Shown piece after piece: positions 14,617 through 24,841 of a stretch of 32,000 nt of DNA. The DNA is taken from assembly GCF_000196355.1 (NCBI RefSeq), contig NC_007614.1, positions 30,001 to 62,000 on the forward strand, written 5' to 3'. Source of the DNA: Nitrosospira multiformis ATCC 25196 (GTDB lineage Bacteria > Pseudomonadota > Gammaproteobacteria > Burkholderiales > Nitrosomonadaceae). Every line of letters begins with the position of its first letter. Positions within the stretch are counted from its first letter, which is position 1. Below the pieces are notes generated by a model. That model was not told where the DNA came from and ran no database searches. It saw nothing but the letters and a program-made list of their open reading frames with translations. A program made the translations under genes and the position numbers.

Positions 14617-15792
14617 ATGCGTTTCATAAACCTTATTACGACCATTTTCATTGCTCTCTCGACAATCTTCCTTGCCGCATGCAGCAATACGGAATCCAGC
14701 ACTTCGGTCGAGCCGCCCCCACCCGATGTTGCGGTTGCGGACGTCCTGTCGCGCTCCGTGCGAGCATGGGACGAATTCAATGGACGTGTCCGTGCGGTCC
14801 CGACTGTAGAGTTGCGTCCTCGGGTCAGTGGCTACATCGATCGGGTTGCCTATAAGGAGGGTAGCGAGGTCAAACCTGGCGATCTTCTCTTTGTCATCGA
14901 TCCCCGTCCGTACCGCAACGCACTCCAGAGTGCGCAGGCGCAGCTCGAACATGCGCGGGCGGCTGCAAATCTCGCCCAAAGCAGGACTGAGCACGCGCAG
15001 GCACTGTTCGCAGCACAGGCCATGTCGCGCGAAGAATTCAACGGCAGGCAAACGGAGTTGAACCAGACGATTGCCGAGGTGCGCGCAGCGGAAGCCGCTG
15101 TAGCCACAGCCAAGCTCAACCTCAATTTTACCGAGGTTCGAGCACCGATCGCAGGCCGCGTGGGGCGAGCATACCTGACTGCCGGCAATCTTGCGCAGGC
15201 TGACCAGTCGATCCTGACAACCCTGGTCTCGCAGGATCCGATGTACGTGTACTTCGACTGCGATGAACATAACTTCCTGCGCTACAAGGAATTCGCGCGC
15301 AAGAACGATCGCGAGAGCAATGTTTATCCGGTCCGCATCCGTCTGGCCAATGAGGAAGGTTTTTCGCATCACGGGACTGTAGATTTCTTCGACAATCAAC
15401 TCAATCCCGCAACGGGAACAATTCGTGTCCGCGCTGTCGTTGCGAACGCCGACCGGGCGCTGACACCTGGTCTTCACGCTCGAGTGCAGCTGCAAGGCGG
15501 CGATGTGTTGCATGCACTCCTGATCGACGATAAAGCCATCCTGACCGACCAGGACCGCAAATATGTCTATGTATTGGGGGAGGGCAACAAGGCGCTCCGC
15601 AAGAACATCACATTGGGTCGGCAGGTGGATGGCCTCCGTATCGTACAGTCCGGCCTCGACACGACGGACAAGATCATCGTCATCGGCGCGCAGAAGATCT
15701 TTCACGACGGGATGACCGTAAAGCCCCAGCACGTCGCCATGGAAACGAGAGCGGCTATTCCCCCCTCTACGCTCCTGAAAGCAACGGAATAA
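14617..15792 (+). CDS. efflux RND transporter periplasmic adaptor (MFP) lipoprotein
   Basis: I chose the internal ATG 14617 of track ORF 14458..15792: MRFINLITTIFIALSTIFLAAC/SN has a signal peptide and lipobox. RVSGYIDRVAYKEGSEVKPGDLLFVIDPRPY and a coiled-coil hairpin are typical of AcrA/MexA-type adaptors. Confidence 0.85.
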   Translation: MRFINLITTIFIALSTIFLAACSNTESSTSVEPPPPDVAVADVLSRSVRAWDEFNGRVRAVPTVELRPRVSGYIDRVAYKEGSEVKPGDLLFVIDPRPYRNALQSAQAQLEHARAAANLAQSRTEHAQALFAAQAMSREEFNGRQTELNQTIAEVRAAEAAVATAKLNLNFTEVRAPIAGRVGRAYLTAGNLAQADQSILTTLVSQDPMYVYFDCDEHNFLRYKEFARKNDRESNVYPVRIRLANEEGFSHHGTVDFFDNQLNPATGTIRVRAVVANADRALTPGLHARVQLQGGDVLHALLIDDKAILTDQDRKYVYVLGEGNKALRKNITLGRQVDGLRIVQSGLDTTDKIIVIGAQKIFHDGMTVKPQHVAMETRAAIPPSTLLKATE

Positions 15793-15801
15793 GGGAACGG
15801 T

Positions 15802-18800
15802 ATGGACTTTTCCAGGTTCTTCATCGACCGTCCCATATTTGCCATCGTTCTTTCGATCGTTATTTTCGCGGCGGGACTCATCGCCATCCCGCTCCTGCCT
15901 GCGGGCGAGTATCCGGAAGTGGTGCCTCCAAGCGTGGTTGTGCGTGCAATGTATCACGGCGCCAATCCCAAAGAGATCGCGGATTCAATCGCCGTTCCCC
16001 TGGAAGAAGCGATCAACAGCGTCGAAGGCATCATGTATATGAAGTCCGTTGCGGGCTCCGATGGAAGCCTGCAAGTGACGATCACCTTCACGCCCGGCAT
16101 CGATCCCGATACCGCGGCCGTCCGCGTACAGAATCGCGTCGCCCAAGCCCTGTCCCGTCTGCCCAACGACGTACGCCAGTATGGCGTAACCACGCAGAAG
16201 CAATCCCCGACTCCGCTCATGTACGTGAATCTTTCTTCACCCGACGGTCGCTACGACGCGGTCTATCTGCGCAACTATATGACGCTGAATATCAAGGACC
16301 AGCTTTCGCGCCTGAAGGGGGTTGGCAACGTCGGATTGTACGGGGAAGGCGATTATGCGATGCGCCTGTGGCTCGACCCGAACAAGCTCGCCGCACGTGG
16401 CTTGACAGCCAGCGATGTGGTGGATGCCGTTCGCGAGCAGAACGTTCAGGTATCCGCAGGTCAACTGGGCGCCCAGCCATCACCCAGGAGCGCGGATTTC
16501 CTCGTTCCGATCAATGTTCGTGGACGGCTTCGCAGCGAGCAGGAATTCGGCGACATTGTCCTGAAAAGTGCCGATGATGGCCAATTGGTCCGCCTGGCGG
16601 ATGTTGGGCGCGTCGAGCTCGGCTCCAGCGATTACACGCTCCATGCCATGATCGATAACAGGGGCAGCACTAGCGCCGGAATTTTTCTGACTCCCGGCGC
16701 GAACTCCCTGGAGGTGGCCAGGACGGTCTATGCCAAGTTTGAAGAACTTGCAGCAAGCTTTCCTCCGGGTATCGAGTATCGGGTGGTGTGGGACCCCAAT
16801 GTTTTTGTCCGGGATTCCATCCGGGCCGTGGGTCAAACACTGATCGAAGCGGTCTTCCTGGTCGTGCTGGTGGTCATTCTCTTTCTGCAGACTTGGCGCG
16901 CATCGATCATCCCCCTGATTGCGGTGCCGGTCTCGATTATCGGCACGTTTGCCTGGCTCTACCTTCTCGGATATTCCATCAATACGCTGACATTGTTCGG
17001 ACTGGTCCTGGCAGTGGGGATTGTCGTCGACGATGCGATCGTCGTCGTGGAGAACGTTGAGCGCAATATCGAGGAAGGTCTGAGTCCTCTCGCGGCAGCA
17101 CACCAGGCCATGAAGGAAGTCTCCGGTCCGATCATCGCCATTGCGCTGGTGCTATGCGCCGTGTTCGTGCCCATGGCCTTCCTGAGCGGTGTCACGGGGG
17201 AGTTCTACAAGCAGTTTGCCGTCACCATCGCCATATCCACCGTCATTTCCGCGATCAATTCGCTCACACTGTCCCCGGCACTGGCGGCAAAACTGCTCAG
17301 AGGACATGATGCTCCGAAGGATGCGCCTACCCGAGTGCTCGAGCGCAGCCTGGGATGGTTGTTCCATCCGTTCAATCGGCTGTTTCTTCGCAGCTCCGGC
17401 AAATACCAGAGCACGGTAGCCCGAACACTGGGCCAGCGCGGCAGGGTGTTTACCGTCTATGCAGGACTATTGCTCGCAACAGTCATGCTATTCCATATCG
17501 TGCCGACCGGCTTTATTCCAAATCAGGACAAGCTCTACCTCTTTGCAGGCGCCAAATTGCCGGAGGGCGCTTCGCTTGCCCGTACTGACGCCGTCACACG
17601 TCAATTAAACGACCTTGCCAGCAGTATCGAAGGCGTGGAAATGACCGAAAGCTATGTTGGCATGAATGCGTTGCAGTCAGTCAACACGCCCAATCAGGCG
17701 GCCTCCTACGTTATCCTCAAGCCTTTTGATCAACGCCGGCGTTCCGCAGAATCCATCACCGCTGAACTGAATGCCAGGCTTGCCGACATCAAGGACGGGC
17801 AAGCCTATGCATTACTGCCTCCGCCTATTCAAGGACTGGGCAATGGGTCGGGCTATTCGCTCTATTTGGTCGATCGCGGCGGTCTGGGATATGGGGCGTT
17901 GCAAAGCGCAACCACAAAATTCCAGAACGCGATTGCGCAGACGCCAGGCATGACTTTTCCTGTCAGCTCATACCAGGCCAACGTCCCGCAACTTGAGGTC
18001 AAGGTGGATCGGGTCAAAGCCAAGGCCCAGGGAGTAAATTTGACGGACCTCTTCAATACGTTGCAGGTCTACCTTGGATCCTTCTACATCAACGATTTCA
18101 ATCTATACGGTCGCGTCTATCGGGTGATGGCACAGGCGGATGCAGCTTTCCGCCAGAATGCTGAAGACATCAACAATCTGTATACACGCAATAGTCGAGG
18201 AGAAATGGTTCCGCTAGGGTCGATGGTGACGATTCAACATACTTTTGGTCCGGATCCCGTCATCCGCTACAACGGTTATCCCGCTGCCGACCTTATCGGG
18301 GATGCGGATCCCCGCGTACTTTCCTCGGGACAAGTCATCGCCAAGCTATCGGAAATTGCTACGGAGGTACTGCCCCCCGGCATTACCCTGGAATGGACCG
18401 ACTTGAGCTATCAGCAGGTCACCCAGGGCAACGCGGCAGTCATCGTCTTCCCATTATCGATCATGCTGGCCTTTCTGGTGCTGGCCGCCCTCTATGAGAG
18501 CTGGACATTACCCTTGGCAGTCATCCTGATCGTGCCGGTATGCATGTGCGCCGCGCTTTTCGGGATCTGGCTCACAGGCGGGGACAACAATATATTCGTA
18601 CAGGTGGGACTGGTCGTACTGATGGGTCTGGCATGCAAGAATGCCATCCTGATCGTTGAGTTTGCACGAGAACTGGAGATTCAGGGCAAGGATACCATCG
18701 AAGCCGCACTGGAAGCCTGCCGCCTTCGACTTCGGCCGATTGTGATGACTTCGATCGCCTTCATCGCTGGATCTGTTCCCCTAGTGCTCAGTCAGGGTGC

Positions 18801-18930
18801 AGGTAGCGAGGTGCGCTACGCAACGGGTATAACTGTCTTTGCCGGGATGCTCGGTGTGACTCTATTCGGATTGTTCCTTACCCCGGTTTTCTACGTGGCT
18901 TTGCGCAAGTTGGCCCGCCCCAAGCTGTAG
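15802..18930 (+). CDS. RND multidrug efflux permease (AcrB/MexB-like, HAE1)
   Basis: 1042 aa. N-terminal MDFSRFFIDRPIFAIVLSIVIFAAGLIAIPLLPAGEYPEVVPPSV. VDDAIVVVENVER motif. 12-TM architecture with two large periplasmic loops. Confidence 0.95.
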   Translation: MDFSRFFIDRPIFAIVLSIVIFAAGLIAIPLLPAGEYPEVVPPSVVVRAMYHGANPKEIADSIAVPLEEAINSVEGIMYMKSVAGSDGSLQVTITFTPGIDPDTAAVRVQNRVAQALSRLPNDVRQYGVTTQKQSPTPLMYVNLSSPDGRYDAVYLRNYMTLNIKDQLSRLKGVGNVGLYGEGDYAMRLWLDPNKLAARGLTASDVVDAVREQNVQVSAGQLGAQPSPRSADFLVPINVRGRLRSEQEFGDIVLKSADDGQLVRLADVGRVELGSSDYTLHAMIDNRGSTSAGIFLTPGANSLEVARTVYAKFEELAASFPPGIEYRVVWDPNVFVRDSIRAVGQTLIEAVFLVVLVVILFLQTWRASIIPLIAVPVSIIGTFAWLYLLGYSINTLTLFGLVLAVGIVVDDAIVVVENVERNIEEGLSPLAAAHQAMKEVSGPIIAIALVLCAVFVPMAFLSGVTGEFYKQFAVTIAISTVISAINSLTLSPALAAKLLRGHDAPKDAPTRVLERSLGWLFHPFNRLFLRSSGKYQSTVARTLGQRGRVFTVYAGLLLATVMLFHIVPTGFIPNQDKLYLFAGAKLPEGASLARTDAVTRQLNDLASSIEGVEMTESYVGMNALQSVNTPNQAASYVILKPFDQRRRSAESITAELNARLADIKDGQAYALLPPPIQGLGNGSGYSLYLVDRGGLGYGALQSATTKFQNAIAQTPGMTFPVSSYQANVPQLEVKVDRVKAKAQGVNLTDLFNTLQVYLGSFYINDFNLYGRVYRVMAQADAAFRQNAEDINNLYTRNSRGEMVPLGSMVTIQHTFGPDPVIRYNGYPAADLIGDADPRVLSSGQVIAKLSEIATEVLPPGITLEWTDLSYQQVTQGNAAVIVFPLSIMLAFLVLAALYESWTLPLAVILIVPVCMCAALFGIWLTGGDNNIFVQVGLVVLMGLACKNAILIVEFARELEIQGKDTIEAALEACRLRLRPIVMTSIAFIAGSVPLVLSQGAGSEVRYATGITVFAGMLGVTLFGLFLTPVFYVALRKLARPKL

Positions 18931-19142
18931 GATAAATTTGGCCTCGAATCAACATCCGGTCTTTTGCTGGTCGAGAAACGAAAGATATGGGTATAGGACG
19001 GGATTTGACCGTGCTTCCCCCTGACCGTGTCCCCTCACACTGTTACCGCTGCAGAGTTCATCGGTAAAGATAATGAGGTTGATCAGGGGGTCGCCACTAA
19101 CCGTTATATGAACGTCGATAAGTAAGCTGGAAACTGCCTTGG

Positions 19143-19829
19143 TTACGCAGCTGCGTACGTCTGTTTATGCCGGCGAGTCATAAAAATACCTAACATGCCG
19201 ACCATGACAAGCGCAAGAACTGTGGGCTCCGGAATTCTGTTATTCGGCAGCTCCGTAGCTGGCAGTGAGGGGTCAAAATATGCCTGGCTCGTCAGCCCCT
19301 GATTACCCACGTTCAGGTACCCTGCGGCAACAAGCTGCGAAGAGGAATTGCTTTTTAACCAATTCATGGTCCAGTTCGCACCCTGCATGCTGAGTTCGTA
19401 GGTTTTTCCATCGGCCACAAAATCTTTCACGAAGAAAAACCCGTTGAACACGCCATTATTGAATTGTATGGATGGGCCACCCAGCACATCCCCATTTCCG
19501 AACTCGAAACCCAACGGTCGACTTCCAAAGTCTATGTCGAAAATGGTGCTGTTCGAGGCGCCGGTAACTGCTGCGAGCGCAATGTTCACAGTACCGGTAC
19601 CACTCCCGGGGATGAGGCTTTGATCGAATAATACTTTTCCGCTAACGCTGCCAGCAGCGCAACCGCTGCATGTACTGGTCTGCTGCAAGCCCAGGCTGTT
19701 AGCCAACCCGTTAGTGGTGAGAATTCCACCGGAGAAATCGGCGGTCATATAAATAGGTGTTGCCTGAGCAGCCGATATTGCAGAGAGCAATACTCCAGAT
19801 GCAATTGCGTCGCGAAAAAATCTGTTCAC
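19143..19829 (-). CDS. PEP-CTERM sorting-domain secreted protein
   Basis: 228 aa with a GTG start. Signal peptide ...LLSAISAAQA/TP. C-terminal IPEPTVLALVMVGMLGIFMTRRHK has the PEP motif, a TM and a basic cluster. Confidence 0.8.
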   Translation of the reverse strand: MNRFFRDAIASGVLLSAISAAQATPIYMTADFSGGILTTNGLANSLGLQQTSTCSGCAAGSVSGKVLFDQSLIPGSGTGTVNIALAAVTGASNSTIFDIDFGSRPLGFEFGNGDVLGGPSIQFNNGVFNGFFFVKDFVADGKTYELSMQGANWTMNWLKSNSSSQLVAAGYLNVGNQGLTSQAYFDPSLPATELPNNRIPEPTVLALVMVGMLGIFMTRRHKQTYAAA

Positions 19830-20135
19830 CTTACCCCCATGGATAGTGAAAAAATAGAACCTGGTGCCATCTTATCTACATCACATCGGATTCCTATTGG
19901 ACTTAAGTACACCCTGTACTTTGGTACAAGGCGATGGGAGCGGGGAGACAGCCTTGCTCTAATACTCGTCTAATGACGTTCCGCTCCCATCGAATTCCCG
20001 CCTTATCCGGACAGAAGTCGTCATTGCCGCTATCAAGATACTCATCTCAGCCGGTTGGTTGTCATGAGCCTGCCGGAGGGAATGGTGGAGAAGGGCATGA
20101 TAGAATCCAGGCTCCACCCGAATTTTGGTATTGCC

Positions 20136-23100
20136 ATGAACGAACACCCTCGCATCAAATTACTGGAAGATCTGCTGGCTCGCCGCATCCTGCTGCTCGA
20201 TGGTGCCATGGGCACCATGATTCAGAGCCATAAGCTTGGCGAAAAGGACTATCGCGGGGAGCGCTTTGCCGATTTTCCGCATGACCTCCGGGGCAACAAC
20301 GATCTCCTGACGCTCACCCAGCCGCAGGTGATCCGTTCCATTCATGAAGCCTATCTGGAGGCAGGCGCAGACATTGTCGAAACCAACACTTTCAATTCCA
20401 CCGCGGCCTCGATGGGCGACTACCACATGCAGGACCTGGTGTATGAGCTGAACTTTGCCGGGGCCCGGCTGGCAAAGGAAGCAGCCCAAGCGATGGAAGC
20501 AAAGACGCCAGAGAAGCCGCGCTTTGTCGCGGGCGTGCTGGGACCGACCACCAAAACCGCTTCGATTTCTCCCGACGTGAACGACCCCGGCTTCCGCGGC
20601 ATCACATTCGACCAGCTGGTGGAGGATTATTCCGAATCCATTCGCGGCCTGCTGGACGGCGGAGCTGATATTCTGCTGGTGGAAACCATATTCGATACCC
20701 TCAATGCGAAAGCGGCACTGTTTGCCATAGACCGGTATTTCGAAACCCATCAGGTACGTGTTCCCATCATGATTTCGGCCACGATAACGGATGCTTCGGG
20801 ACGCACGCTTTCCGGCCAGACGCCGGAAGCATTCTGGAACTCCGTATCTCATGCCCGTCCGTTGTCCGTAGGCCTCAACTGCGCCTTGGGGGCGGAGCTG
20901 ATGCGCCCCTACGTCGAGGAGCTTTCCAGGGTTGCAGGCGTGTATGTGAGTGCTCACCCCAACGCGGGCTTGCCCAATCCGCTGGCGGAGACGGGCTATG
21001 ACGAATCCCCGGAATATACTGCCGGATTGATCAAAGGGTATGCGCAAGCCGGTTTTGTGAATATCGTCGGCGGTTGCTGCGGCACCACGCCTGCGCATAT
21101 CAAAGCCATTGCAGACGCCGTAGGGAGTATCCCACCTCGGGTCGTGCCGGATGTTCCAAAGAAGCTTCGTCTTTCCGGTCTTGAACCGCTCAACATCGGT
21201 GATGACTCCCTGTTTGTAAACGTCGGGGAGCGGACCAACGTCACCGGTTCGAAAGCCTTTGCCCGCCTGATACTCGGCAACAACTATGCGGAAGCACTGA
21301 GCGTCGGACGCAGCCAGGTCGAGAATGGGGCGCAGATCATCGACATCAACATGGACGAGGCGATGCTCGATTCGCAGAAGGCGATGGTTACTTTCCTGAA
21401 CCTCGTCGCTGCGGAGCCGGATATCAGCCGTGTGCCGATCATGATCGACTCCAGCAAGTGGTCGGTCATTGAAGCCGGGCTGAAGTGCGTGCAGGGCAAG
21501 CCTATCATCAACTCCATCAGCCTCAAGGAAGGTGAAGCCGAATTCATCGAACATGCGAAACTCGCCCGGCGTTATGGCGCTGCGGTCATCGTGATGGCGT
21601 TCGACGAGACCGGGCAGGCGGACACCTTGGCGCGCAAGGTGGAGATTTGCGCGCGCTGCTACCGTATTCTTGTTGATCAGGTTGGTTTCCCCCCTGAGGA
21701 CATCATCTTTGATCCGAATATCTTTGCAATCGCTACCGGGATAGAAGAACACAATAATTACGGCGTGGATTTCATCGAAGCGACCCGCGCCATCAAGGAA
21801 AAGCTGCCGTATGCGAAGGTGAGCGGCGGCGTTTCAAATGTTTCCTTCTCCTTCCGCGGCAATGAGCCCGTGCGGGAAGCGATCCATACTGCCTTTCTCT
21901 ACCATGCCGTTCGCGCCGGGATGACGATGGGCATCGTGAACGCTGGTCAGCTCGGCGTTTATTCCGATATCCCCAAGGACCTGCTGGAGCGAGTCGAGGA
22001 TGTATTGCTCAACCGCCCCGTTCCGGGAGACGGAGAGACTACCGCCACCGAGCGCCTCGTGGAGTTTGCCGAGAGCTTCAAGGGACAAAGCAAGGAAAGC
22101 ACCGAAGACCTTGCGTGGCGAAACGGTTCGCTGCAGGAGCGGCTGACGCATGCCCTGGTCAAGGGAATTACCACCTATATCGTGGAAGATACCGAGGCAG
22201 CCCGGCAGGAAATAGCCGCACAGGGTGGACGGCCGATTCAGGTGATCGAAGGCCCGCTGATGAACGGGATGAATGTCGTCGGCGATCTGTTCGGCTCGGG
22301 CAAGATGTTCCTGCCCCAGGTGGTGAAATCGGCGCGCGTGATGAAACAGGCGGTGGCGCACCTCCTGCCCTTCATCGAGGCGGAAAAGAAGTTGTCGGGG
22401 GATTCCAAACCCAAGGGCAAGATCGTCATTGCCACCGTCAAGGGCGATGTGCATGACATAGGCAAAAATATCGTCACCGTGGTGCTTCAGTGCAACAATT
22501 ATGAAGTAGTGAACATGGGGGTGATGGTCCCCAGTGCCCAAATTCTGGAGACTGCCAGACGCGAAAATGCCGACATGATCGGCTTGTCCGGCTTGATTAC
22601 GCCCTCCCTGGAAGAAATGGCGCATGTGGCAAAGGAGATGGAGCGCGAAGGTTTTACCATTCCGCTATTGATTGGCGGAGCCACCACCTCGCGCGTGCAC
22701 ACGGCGGTGAAGGTGGCGCCCAAATACAGTGGTGTTACCGTATGGGTGCCGGATGCCAGCCGCGCGGTCGGCGTATGCAGCAATCTGCTGTCGGAGGATT
22801 TACGGGCGGACTATATTCAGCAAATCCAGACCGAGTATGAGAGGGTACGGGCGCAGCATAAAAACAAGAAAGGGCCGGCGCCGATGCTATCCATTGCAGA
22901 CGCCCGCAAGAACGCATTCAAAACGGATTGGGAGACCTACTCCCCTCCTTCCCCCGGCTTTACCGGTTTGAGGTCCTTGCGAAACTATCCGCTGGAAAAA
23001 CTGGTGCCCTTCATAGACTGGACGCCGTTCTTTCAGGCATGGGAGCTGTCGGGACGTTTCCCAGCCATTCTGGAGGATGAGGTGGTCGGCGAGGCCGCCA

Positions 23101-23867
23101 GCAATCTCTACCGCGATGCGCAAGTGATGCTGAAAAAGATCGTGGAGCAGAAATGGCTTACAGCAAATGCCGTATTCGGCCTGTTTCCAGCCAATACAGT
23201 CAACAGTGACGATATCGAAATCTATACGGACAAAGCCCGCGAGCGGGTAGCGATGACCTTTCATAACCTGCGCCAGCAGACCATGAAACCGGACGGCAAG
23301 CCCAATCTGTGCCTGGCGGATTTCATTGCCCCCAGGGAAAGCGGCATTACCGATACCATCGGCGCGTTCGCGGTGACTGCGGGAATGGGCATCGAGGCAA
23401 AGTTAAAGGTGTTCGAGGAGGCGCATGATGATTACAGCGCAATTATCCTGAAAGCGCTGGCGGATCGTCTGGCAGAAGCCTTTGCGGAACACATGCACTG
23501 GCGGATACGGCGTGAATTCTGGGGCTTTGTCAAAGATGAAAACCTGAGCAACGAGCAGCTGGTTGCGGAAGAATATCAGGGCATTCGCCCGGCGCCCGGC
23601 TACCCGGCCTGCCCGGATCACACCGAGAAGGGCCCTTTGTTTGAAATGCTGAAAGCGCCTGAAAATGCTGGCATCATCGTGACTGAATCCTTTGCCATGG
23701 TACCCACAGCCGCGGTATCAGGCTTTTACTTTTCCCACCCGGAAGCCAGATATTTCGCAGTTGGCAAGATCGGCAAGGATCAGGTGGAGGATTACGCAAG
23801 GCGCAAGGGCTGGACGATGGAAGAAACGGAGACGTGGCTGGCACCTGTTCTGGCGTATGAAAGATAG
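20136..23867 (+). CDS. metH: cobalamin-dependent methionine synthase
   Basis: I chose ATG 20136 ([30 protein letters not shown]) by N-terminal alignment to E. coli MetH from memory; the alternative ATG 20097 has a better SD. All modules are present: Hcy-binding, pterin-binding, B12 cap plus the [11 protein letters not shown] (DxHxxG) motif, and the AdoMet activation domain. Confidence 0.95.
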   Translation: MNEHPRIKLLEDLLARRILLLDGAMGTMIQSHKLGEKDYRGERFADFPHDLRGNNDLLTLTQPQVIRSIHEAYLEAGADIVETNTFNSTAASMGDYHMQDLVYELNFAGARLAKEAAQAMEAKTPEKPRFVAGVLGPTTKTASISPDVNDPGFRGITFDQLVEDYSESIRGLLDGGADILLVETIFDTLNAKAALFAIDRYFETHQVRVPIMISATITDASGRTLSGQTPEAFWNSVSHARPLSVGLNCALGAELMRPYVEELSRVAGVYVSAHPNAGLPNPLAETGYDESPEYTAGLIKGYAQAGFVNIVGGCCGTTPAHIKAIADAVGSIPPRVVPDVPKKLRLSGLEPLNIGDDSLFVNVGERTNVTGSKAFARLILGNNYAEALSVGRSQVENGAQIIDINMDEAMLDSQKAMVTFLNLVAAEPDISRVPIMIDSSKWSVIEAGLKCVQGKPIINSISLKEGEAEFIEHAKLARRYGAAVIVMAFDETGQADTLARKVEICARCYRILVDQVGFPPEDIIFDPNIFAIATGIEEHNNYGVDFIEATRAIKEKLPYAKVSGGVSNVSFSFRGNEPVREAIHTAFLYHAVRAGMTMGIVNAGQLGVYSDIPKDLLERVEDVLLNRPVPGDGETTATERLVEFAESFKGQSKESTEDLAWRNGSLQERLTHALVKGITTYIVEDTEAARQEIAAQGGRPIQVIEGPLMNGMNVVGDLFGSGKMFLPQVVKSARVMKQAVAHLLPFIEAEKKLSGDSKPKGKIVIATVKGDVHDIGKNIVTVVLQCNNYEVVNMGVMVPSAQILETARRENADMIGLSGLITPSLEEMAHVAKEMEREGFTIPLLIGGATTSRVHTAVKVAPKYSGVTVWVPDASRAVGVCSNLLSEDLRADYIQQIQTEYERVRAQHKNKKGPAPMLSIADARKNAFKTDWETYSPPSPGFTGLRSLRNYPLEKLVPFIDWTPFFQAWELSGRFPAILEDEVVGEAASNLYRDAQVMLKKIVEQKWLTANAVFGLFPANTVNSDDIEIYTDKARERVAMTFHNLRQQTMKPDGKPNLCLADFIAPRESGITDTIGAFAVTAGMGIEAKLKVFEEAHDDYSAIILKALADRLAEAFAEHMHWRIRREFWGFVKDENLSNEQLVAEEYQGIRPAPGYPACPDHTEKGPLFEMLKAPENAGIIVTESFAMVPTAAVSGFYFSHPEARYFAVGKIGKDQVEDYARRKGWTMEETETWLAPVLAYER

Positions 23868-23880
23868 CCGTATGAAAGAT
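23854..23880 (+). repeat. 15-bp tandem duplication spanning the metH stop codon
   Basis: gCGTATGAAAGATag / cCGTATGAAAGATgg: the 12-nt core is identical at 23854..23865 and 23869..23880. The metH TAG stop is 23865..23867. Confidence 0.6.
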
Positions 23881-23936
23881 GGAGAATGCGATGTTCGGCA
23901 ATGCTAAACAAAGCAAAAAAAATGAAGTCATGCTTA

Positions 23937-24753
23937 GGGCCTGTTCACAGTAGTTGATTTGTGTTTACATCCGGAATTTGGATGTGGGTCATGGATCGGG
24001 ACATGTTGAGCGATGCGCAGTGGGCTCGTATTTCGGGACTATTGCCGGGCAAGCCAACCGACAAGGGAGGGCGAGCGGCGGATAACCGGTTGTTCGTTGA
24101 GGCGGTGCTATACACGGCGCGGGTTGGAAACCCCTGGCGCGACCTGCCGCCGAAGTTTGGGAACTGGCATTCGGTGTATGTGCGCTTCGCGCGCTGGGAA
24201 GCCAACGGCGTGTGGTCGCGTGTTGCCGAAGCGCTCCAGGGCGAGGCCGATCTGGAAGAGCTATTCATCGACTCAACCGTCGTGCGTGCGCACCAGCACT
24301 CGGCTGGCGCGTCAAAAAAAACGGTAGCGATCAGGCGATCGGCCGCTCGCGTGGTGGGCTGACTACCAAGATCCATGCATGCGTGGATGCCTTGGGCAAT
24401 CCATTGCGCCTGATCCTCACCGGTGGCCAAGTAGCCGACATTACACAAGGGCCCGCACTGATCAATTCCATCAAGACTGATGCAGTTGTCGCCGACAAGG
24501 GATACGACAGCCACGTGTTCGTCGCAGTGATCACCGAGACGGGGGCTGAGGCCGTCATCCCGTCTCGGAGCAACCGATGCGCCTCGCGCGAGTTCGATCG
24601 GGAGCGGTACAAAGCGCGTAACCTGGTGGAGCGATTCTTCAATCGGCTCAAACAATTTCGTCGCCTCGCGACCCGCTACGACAAACTCGCCAACCGCTTC
24701 AATGCTTTCTTGCATCTGGCTTGCGCCTACATCTGGCTACTGTGAACACGCTC
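23937..24753 (+). mobile_element. complete IS5-family (IS427/IS1031-type) insertion sequence, 817 bp
   Basis: Terminal inverted repeats GGGCCTGTTCACAGTAG (23937..23953) vs the complement of 24737..24753 (GAGCGTGTTCACAGTAG), 15/17 identical. Flanked by TA (23935..23936) and TA (24754..24755). Two overlapping transposase frames lie inside. Confidence 0.85.
23982..24745 (+). CDS. IS5-family DDE transposase, orfA-orfB joined by programmed -1 frameshift
   Basis: orfA (to 24362): DMLSDAQWARISGLLPGKPTDKGGRAADNRLFVEAVLYTARVGNPWRDLP. orfB frame (-1): GRSRGGLTTKIHACVD...ADKGYDS...YKARNLVERFFNRLKQFRRLATRYDKLA. The A8 slippery run is at 24314..24321 (GTCAAAAAAAACGG). The start could instead be 23991 or 24003. 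Confidence 0.85.
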
Positions 24754-24841
24754 TAGTAACGCCACATCGAATACCGATAAGACCGGCTGCTTTGATTCGG
24801 CTGAAAGCGAGAGGTTCGAGCACGAACGCTGGAAGGTTGCG

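Noticed and set aside
14557-15957. 466-aa ORF (-) antisense to the RND adaptor gene (also 16480..17103 - antisense to the pump)
   Set aside because: It lies opposite unambiguous efflux genes, has no motifs, and is Arg/Cys-rich. Antisense artefact.
19936-20118. Possible riboswitch or leader upstream of metH: 8-bp stem GGGAGCGG (19936..19943)/CCGCTCCC (19981..19988) and 7-bp stem GGTGGAG (20084..20090)/CTCCACC (20112..20118), with GGGAATGGTG and AATCC strings faintly like a cobalamin element
   Set aside because: I could not find the contiguous cobalamin core (GGTGNAANTCC...B12 box) or the SAH-riboswitch conserved strings. The second stem overlaps possible metH start codons. A cmscan against Rfam would settle it, and a significant hit to Cobalamin, SAH or SAM families would overturn this rejection.
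20160-22625. 530-aa and 263-aa ORFs (-) antisense to metH
   Set aside because: metH is unambiguous on the + strand. The antisense frames are low-complexity, His/Arg/Gly-rich artefacts.
23945-24715. 256-aa ORF (-) inside the IS427-type element
   Set aside because: It is antisense to the transposase frames, which carry clear family motifs, and it has no independent support.
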